A stretch of 64,000 nt of DNA, taken from the NCBI GenBank assembly GCA_964016885.1, contig OZ024741.1, positions 219,418,001 to 219,482,000 on the forward strand, read 5' to 3'. The stretch comes from Eledone cirrhosa (lineage: Eukaryota). This document shows positions 54,752-64,000 of this stretch, one piece after another. The notes below the pieces were generated by a model. It was not told the DNA's origin, searched no databases, and worked only from the letters and a program-made list of their open reading frames with translations. Both the position numbers and the translations under genes were made by a program. The number at the start of each line of letters is the position of its first letter. The stretch's first letter is position 1.

Positions 54752-55120
54752 TATATATATATCTTTGACACAAATGAATAGTCCTTTCAACCTTATTTTG
54801 TATAGTTAGAAGCCCTTCCTATCACCAACCTCCCTACAGAATGCACTGAGTGTATTTTATCATAGCATCAGCACTAGGTAAGTTTTCATATCTTTGAATC
54901 TTTGACACAACTGCAGAACCTTCTGAACCATTTATTTGGCAAGTTTGCAATGATTTTTAATGAATAAAACCTGTTTAAATGCTACCTCATTATTTTCAGA
55001 ACATCCTGCTTATGTACGTGTGTATGTGTCTATATTTATATATATATATATATGCATGTGTGTGTGCATATATGCACATACATACATACACATACACATA
55101 TGCACACACACACACACACA

Positions 55121-58100
55121 TATCATCATCATCATCATTTTACATCCGCTTTTCCCTGCTTGCAAGGGTGGGATGGGTCCTATTCAGCACAGCATCTCTC
55201 CACTTGTCATGGTCCTCCGTCATCTCCTCGGTGAGTTTCAGCGATCTGAGTCTGCTCTCACCACCACCGCCCATGTTTTTCGTGGTCTACCTCTACTGCG
55301 TCTTCCCTCCACTGGGACTTCCTGGCACTTCTTTACCCATCGGTCATCCTCCATGCGCATCACATGTCCATACCATCTCAGCCTTCTCTCCTGCACACCA
55401 CAACTTATCCCTCTTATACCCAGTTTCTTTCTCAACTCGTCTATGCTTGGTCGTTCATACACATTGACATTGCACATCCAACGGAGCATACTTGCTTCAT
55501 TTCTCTCCAGCCATCGCATATCTTCTGCAGTTGCTGCCCAGGTCTCACTACCATGCAGCATTGCGCATATCACACAGGCATCATATAACTATCCTTTCGT
55601 ACACAGGGGGAAACCCTTCTTTCAAACCGTCCTTATTTTAGATACTATGGCCTCGGAACACCCTCCTCCCATGCTAATCTAATCACCAAGGTAACGGAAG
55701 CTATCAACCACTTCTATAGAACCCACCTGCATTGGAAAAATGAGTCTATCACAGCGATTACTACTGCCAACTTTCTCTGTACATCTACTGCATATATAGT
55801 TTTTCCTACCTGTTAGTTTGCCTGCTATCCCACTACATCTCTTGTGTACCCAAGATCTGCATTGCGTACATTTGATGGAATTTATGCCAGTTCTATTCCT
55901 ACATATCGAACATGGCCATTTCCCTGATGGAATCAGAGTATTGTCCTCTCTTCTACTTATCAACACTTTTGTTTTAGCTAGGTTCACTCTCAGTCCTCTT
56001 GCTTCCAACTGCTGTTTCCATAGCCAGAATTTGTTCTCTAGCTCCTCTACTGATTCTGCTAAAAGATCCAGATCGTCAGCATAGAGAAGTTCCCATGGAC
56101 AGCCAGTCTTAAACTCCTCTGTTATAGCTTGGAGGACTATAATGAACAAGAGTGGACTGAGGACCGAACCTTGATGTACTCCTACTTGTATCTGGAATTC
56201 CTTACTAAACTCCATTCCTATTCTCACTTTACTGACAGCACCCCTGTACATAGCTTGCAATGTCCTCACAAGCCATTCCTCTATACCTAATCTCCTTAGG
56301 GACCACCAGATGACATATCGGAGTACCCTATCAAAGGCCTTCTCTAGGCCAACAAAAGCTAAGTATAGTGGCTTATTCTTCTCTAAGAACCTCTCTTGTA
56401 ATTGTCTCACCAAGAAGAGGGCATCTGTTGTACTTTTCCGAGGCACAAAACCAAACTGCATCTCATCTAAATTTACCCTTTCTCTAATCAGTTGCACTAA
56501 TATTCTCTCTGCCACTTTCATAACCTGATCCATCAGCTTTACGCCCCTATAATTGCTCCTCTCTAGAGCATCTCCTTTACCTTTGTAACAATTTATGAGA
56601 ATACTGTTGCACCAGTCTTTGGGTATGACACCACCATATATAGCTTGATTGATGATGCGTGCAACCAGTTTAATGCCTACTTCACCTGATGCCTTCAGCA
56701 TCTCAGCAACTATCCCCGACGGTCCAGCAGCCTTACCATTCTTCATTTCTTTAATTGCCTCTTGTACCCTATATTTGTCAATCTCAATAGCTGGTCCCTC
56801 TGTTGGGTCTACTGGCGGTAATTACTCTCTGTCCCATTCGTTCTCTACATTCATCAGTCTCTCATAGTGACATTTTCAGGCCTCATTCTTTTGATCATTC
56901 GTGACACTAAGTACACCGCCATCATTCCGGACCAACTTATCTCCAACAACATCCTGATTCACACTGACACTCTGCCTTGCAATGCGGAACACCGCACGTC
57001 TCTGATCTTCCCATCGCAGAACATTGGCAAACCTCCTACTCTCAGCCTCCCTGTGTGCTAAGTACACCTGATGTCTAGCTTCTCTCTTAGCGTCTGTGTA
57101 TCCGCCTCTACTCCCACCATTTTTCCAAGCTTTCCATACCAGTCTTTTGTCTCTAATGGCCCTATCTACTGTGCTGTTCCACCATCAGGTCACTCTCTGT
57201 CTGTTTGAAGCTCTGCCCCAACCACAAATTTCTTCAGTAGCCTGCAGTAAGTTGTCACATAAGAAATTCCAGTTATTTTCATTGTCATACGACTCTAAAT
57301 CATCTTCTTTTTCGTTGTACACATCTTGAAAGGCTTTGCTAAATTTATATTTTAATGAAAGGTCTTTTAGCTTCCAGACCTTTCATTTTCACACCTTCCT
57401 GTATGTCTCATTCTTTCTCTTGCTTACCAAGATGTCACTAACGACTAACCTATGCTGTGGGGTGCATTCTTCCCCAGGGTATGCCTTAGTATTTGACACC
57501 ATCCATCTGTCTCGCTGTCTAACTAGCAGGGAGTCAATCTGGATTATGTGCTCGCCTGATTTGTAGGTTATTAGGTAGTTGGTAGGCTTCTGGAAGTTAG
57601 TGTTGCAAATGGTTAGTGCATTTGCATCACAAAATTCAAGAATCCTCACTCCTTCTTCATTTCTTGAGCCATAATCGTGCCCACCATGTACCCCAGTGTA
57701 TCAATCCTGGAGTTGTCCAACATGTCCATTGAAGCCCCCTGCTAGCATAACGATGTCTCTGTCCTCTATCATTGAGGCTGTCTGTAAAGGTTGCTCGTAA
57801 AAGCCGTCTTTCTCTTCTTTACCTAGGCCTGCCTGGAGAGCATAGGCAGAGATGATTGTCAGTAGTCTCTTGCTTACAACTAATCTAATCTTAATTATTC
57901 GATTATAAACTCTAACTACCTCTATTGTCTTATCAATCTATCTCTCAGCCAGTAAAATGCCCACCCCACCTAACCCATCATCATTACCCACCCAGAAAAG
58001 CTTATAACTACGATGTTTGCCTGCGATTAGTCTTGCAGAAGGCACCTCTCCATCTCACCTCTTGCACGCAGCACACATCCACTTGCCTTCTCTCCAACAT

Positions 58101-58279
58101 CTCCGCTATCTCACCAGATCTACCTGTGAGAGTGCCAACTCTGAGATGCGACGTCCCGTTCTTTTTCCTGTGGTGTGATTGATTGATGACAGTTGTGGGG
58201 TTCTCACACATGGCCTCACTAGCCACCCCACTACCGTGCGCAGCCTTAACATGGTTAGTGTTATTGCTGTTTACGCAGC

Positions 58280-58283
<4 letters not shown>
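55121..58283 (-). mobile_element. Near-full-length RTE LINE (APE-RT with PHD-like finger), decayed
   Basis: Endonuclease motifs VGTLTGRS..VQEVRW and PQHRLVV; RT motifs KAAGPSGI, GVHQGSVLSP and LLYADDL; C-terminal RLRWYGHVMR..GRPRKTW; (GAT)n tail. Confidence 0.93.
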
Positions 58284-58318
<35 letters not shown>

Positions 58319-58345
58319 TATGTGTTTGTGAATACATGCATACTT

Positions 58346-58395
<50 letters not shown>

Positions 58396-58409
58396 ACAAA
58401 CTCACACAC

Positions 58410-58454
<45 letters not shown>

Positions 58455-58456
<2 letters not shown>

Positions 58457-58498
58457 AGCAGGGAAAAGCGGATGTAGAATGATGATGATGATGATGAT
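58455..58498 (+). mobile_element. Extremely 5'-truncated RTE or RTE-SINE 3' end in a TA tract
   Basis: CAAGCAGGGAAAAGCGGATGTAGAATGATGATG matches the RTE 3' terminus at 55125-55165. Confidence 0.7.
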
Positions 58499-58768
58499 AT
58501 ATATATATACACATGCATGTGTGTGTGTATGTTTGTCTGTGTGTAACCTGAGCTTGCAGCATTCACCATACAATAAGCACAGTTGATCTGTTGTCTACAT
58601 GTGCACAGAAATGCAGTGTTTGTTGCAGAGTTTACATTGTTGAACAGGTCAAGACGGAGGGGGGGGAGAAGGAGGGCTTATGGTACAAAAGGTGTGGTGC
58701 AGGATAGGTGGGGGTGGGGCGGGGGGGGGGGGGGGTGAAATGTCCTTGTCTTTGGATTGACTTTGGTG

Positions 58769-59410
<642 letters not shown>

Positions 59411-59816
59411 GAGTTGGTGTCCATGTGGTGTACGTTTGCATATATATGATAGTGGCTGTTGGTAGTGGTGGTCCCAGGGTGGGGAAGAATGTACATTGTG
59501 ACAGTGTAAATGCACAGAGGGAAGCATAATTGATCGTTTTGACATTTTGTATGAGGAGTGCCTTTGTTAAAATAGTGCAACAAAGCTTTGTTTAATATGT
59601 AACACTGATGTAGAATATTGCATGGTATCGGATAGTCTTACAACTCTCACCCTCTCCATTACCTTCTACTAGCTGATTCTACGTGATATATACCACTACT
59701 GCAACAGCTACCACTACTGCTGCTGCTCTACTACTACTACTACTGTCAAAACATTTGTTGTTTAGCCCTAGGTAAATACTGACCAAGCACGCCCGTGGTC
59801 AAAATGTTGTTTAGCC

Positions 59817-59949
59817 CAAGTATGGGCAAACTTCAGCCTGCGAGCCACATGCGGCCCATTTGGCTTTCTGAATGGCACGCATAATTTCAAAAGTGCCTTG
59901 AAATTGTTAGTATTGTGGCCTACTGCTCGCAAAAGGTTGCCCATGACTG
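59817..59949. mobile_element. 133-bp hAT (Charlie-like) MITE
   Basis: TIRs CAAGTATGGGCAAACTT and AAGGTTGCCCATGACTG; exact 8-bp TSD GTTTAGCC on both sides. Confidence 0.85.
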
Positions 59950-60154
59950 GTTTAGCCCTTGGGCATTCCTGACAAAGCAGACTCATGATAAAAGGTTGTT
60001 GTTTAGTCCCAGATGAATTCTGAATAAGTAAGCCCCTGATCAAAGACATTCCAGCTGTGACTATTCTTCTTGTTTATTTATTGCTCTACCGTCAACTGCT
60101 GACCAGATTCTAGCCTATATTCCTTATATCCTCCTGAATAATTCCATCTTAGAT

Positions 60155-60305
60155 GATATCCTTCATTCCAGAATCTCTGTGGTTTCTGTTCTGGTTGAAG
60201 AATATTGGATATGATTTTTACACCAAGACAAATACAGCAGAAGTATGAGGAACAAAACATGGATGTTGTCCAGGTTTTTATTGATCTAAAAAAAATGTTC
60301 TTCAA
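60155..60305 (+). mobile_element. Old RTE (BovB-like) RT fragment
   Basis: IPESLCGF...DMIFTPRQIQQKYEEQN....FIDLKKMF resembles the PESQCGF/DMIF..RQLQEK/FIDL.KAF motifs. Confidence 0.7.
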
Positions 60306-60578
60306 TCCTTGTAGAAAATATTTTACAATTTTGGTACTCCTGATCACTTTGTATTTAACTTTTAATGTCCTGTACTGCATGACACCACATTTTAAAGACA
60401 TTCTTAATAAGTACAAAACAGCATGGTTACTGTATCACATTAAATATTAAAATATTTACTTTAATACTGCAGATTTTCACAACAATCTCTCCACTAGTAA
60501 AGAAACTATAAATATTTGAATGAACAAGACACATTAGAAAAGAGCGAGATTTATTTATGTTGAGAATAGCATCAAACA

Positions 60579-61078
60579 GGTTGGTGGATTGGCAGAATCG
60601 GTAGAGGCTCAGATGCCATGATTTGCAGCATAGAGTTACGGCCCTTTACGGTCTGAGTTCAAATCCCGCCGAGGTTAGCTTTGCCATTCATCCTTACGGG
60701 GTCGATAAACTAAAGCACCAGTAATGTACTGAGTAATTGATGGCCTTGTGCCAAAAGTAGAAACAATTATTACGGGGTCAATAAAATAAGGCACCAGTAA
60801 TATACTGGGGTAATTGTTGGCCTTGTGCCAAAAGTAGAAACAATTATTACAGGGTCAATAAAATAAGGCACCAGTAATATACTGGGGTAATTGTTGGCCT
60901 TGTGCCAAAAGTAGAAACAATTATTACAGGGTCAATAAAATAAGGCACCAGTAATGTACTGGGGTAATTGTTGGCTTTGTGCCAAAAGTAGAAACAATTA
61001 TTACAGGGTCAATAAAATAAGGCACCAGTAATATACTGGGGTAATTGTTGGCCTTATGCCAAAAGTAGAAACAAATTA
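60579..61078 (+). mobile_element. tRNA-SINE followed by four tandem 77-bp copies of its 3' part
   Basis: Full SINE at 60579-60770; the SINE terminal motif AGAAACAA recurs every 77 bp up to about 61075. Confidence 0.9.
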
Positions 61079-61264
61079 CTTAATATTCCCTTCACACTAC
61101 TATAGTTTCAATGTAGTCACCCAGTGCATCTCATACATTTAATAGAGTTCACTCCAAGACCCTTCCAGCACACTGCACACGACCACCCCCCCAATTCTTT
61201 CCATCTCACCAAATGCTTTACCACCTGCCATCACCTTCACTTTTCCTCCAAATGTCTTTTATAA

Positions 61265-61485
61265 TATTGATTTCTACTATAAAGACACAAGGCCTATAGA
61301 TTTGGGGGAGGGGAAAGTCAATTAAATCAACTCCTAGCGTGTTACAGGTACTTTAATTTGTTGACCCTGTAAGGACGAAAGGCAAAGCTAACCTCAACAG
61401 GATTTGAACTCAGAATGTAAAGAGCCGTAACTCCATGTCACCAAATGTTATCTGGCGCTCTACCGGTACTGGCAATCCTCCACCC
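61265..61485 (-). mobile_element. Diverged tRNA-SINE copy
   Basis: GGATTTGAACTC and GAAAGGCAAAG motifs. Confidence 0.75.
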
Positions 61486-61500
61486 TTTCTTCTTTTACAG

Positions 61501-61595
61501 TAACTTACACGCAATTAATCAACACATCAAAACAGCCAACATCAAATTACAGAAGATTTTACCTGTGAAATCCAAACGAGAAACTACAGAAACAG
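61501..61595 (+). CDS. Weak candidate exon (NLHAINQHIKTANIKLQKILPVKSKRETTET)
   Basis: Acceptor CTTTCTTCTTTTACAG and donor CAG|GTAAAT. Open when entered in phase 2, which matches the end phase of the 25734 exon. Confidence 0.3.
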
Positions 61596-61619
61596 GTAAA
61601 TTGTCAAACAGTATGTCAC

Positions 61620-63265
<1,646 letters not shown>

Positions 63266-63486
63266 GTCGGCTGAGACATGGCTGACCCAGGGTTAAATAT
63301 CAACAATAACCCTATCACCAACATAAGTATTACTATGTGGTTGCTCTAACTGCTAGAATTTGTAACCAAATCTCTCTGAAAGCAAACCTTACTGTTGTTA
63401 ATACTTAATGTCCTGTACCATATCAAACCACATTAGCAATCAATGTGATATGGCTTTCTGATAAAATAATTGTTTCTACTATCGGC

Positions 63487-63818
63487 ACATGGCTTAGTGG
63501 TTAGAGCATTGGCCTTGCAATCGAAAGGTTGTGAGTTCAATTCTCAGACCGGGTGATGTGTTGTTTCCTTGAGCAAGACACTTTATTTCACATTGCTCCA
63601 CTTTACTCAGCTCTAGAAATGAGATGATAGGGACTGGTGTCCCTAACATTCCACTGCAAAGTGGTCGTGGAGGTGTCACGGCAAAAAAGCACCCAGCACT
63701 CACTGTAAATGAGGTTGGTGTTAGGAAGGGCATCCAGCTGTAGAAATCAAGCCAGAATCAGTTCCCGTCCCACCCTTGCAAGCAGGGAAAAAGCGGACGT
63801 AAAAATGAAATGAAATGA
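63487..63818 (+). mobile_element. Second tRNA-derived SINE family with RTE-derived 3' end
   Basis: A-box TGGCTTAGTGG, B-box GAGTTCAATTC, CCTTGAGCAAGACACTT motif; 3' end matches the RTE LINE terminus. Confidence 0.78.
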
Positions 63819-63824
63819 TCGAGA

Positions 63825-64000
63825 CAAGGTTAGCACTTTTGGAGGAAGGGGGAATGGCATTTAAATCGATGACAGTGTATGACTGGTACTTTATTTTATC
63901 GACCCTGTAACGATGAAAGGCAAAGCTAACCTTGGCAGGATTTGAAATCACGTAAAGGGCCGTAACTTTATGCCATGAAGCATGTTGTCCAACGCTCTAC
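63825..64000 (-). mobile_element. Diverged tRNA-SINE copy running off the window
   Basis: CTGGTACTTTATTTTATCGACCC..GATGAAAGGCAAAG. Confidence 0.78.

Overview
Repeat-saturated eukaryotic (metazoan) DNA, most likely intronic sequence from an octopod cephalopod. That assignment is inferred from my recollection of Octopus SINE and RTE families, not from a search. More than half of the window is three minisatellite arrays: 53/54 bp at 1-25660, 72 bp at 36159-37860 and 54 bp at 38612-46430. Most ORFs in the track are artefacts of these arrays and of microsatellites. The rest is nested, decayed transposons: Dong/R4-type RLE LINEs, Tx1/L1-type LINEs, RTE LINEs (one with a PHD-like finger), a CR1-like 3' end, a DD37D (maT) Tc1/mariner element, a non-autonomous Helitron, hAT and Tc1 MITEs, and about 14 copies of one tRNA-derived SINE. 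Only a few candidate host exons are visible, the best at 25734-25846 (+). Most notable: (1) a 387-bp non-coding unit flanked by direct repeats and carrying a type I hammerhead ribozyme (retrozyme/Penelope-like); (2) several retroelements using (TAA/ATT)n tracts as landing sites; (3) 3'-end sharing between SINEs and LINEs, including a possible SINE-Tx1 partnership; (4) a minisatellite forming from a SINE tail.
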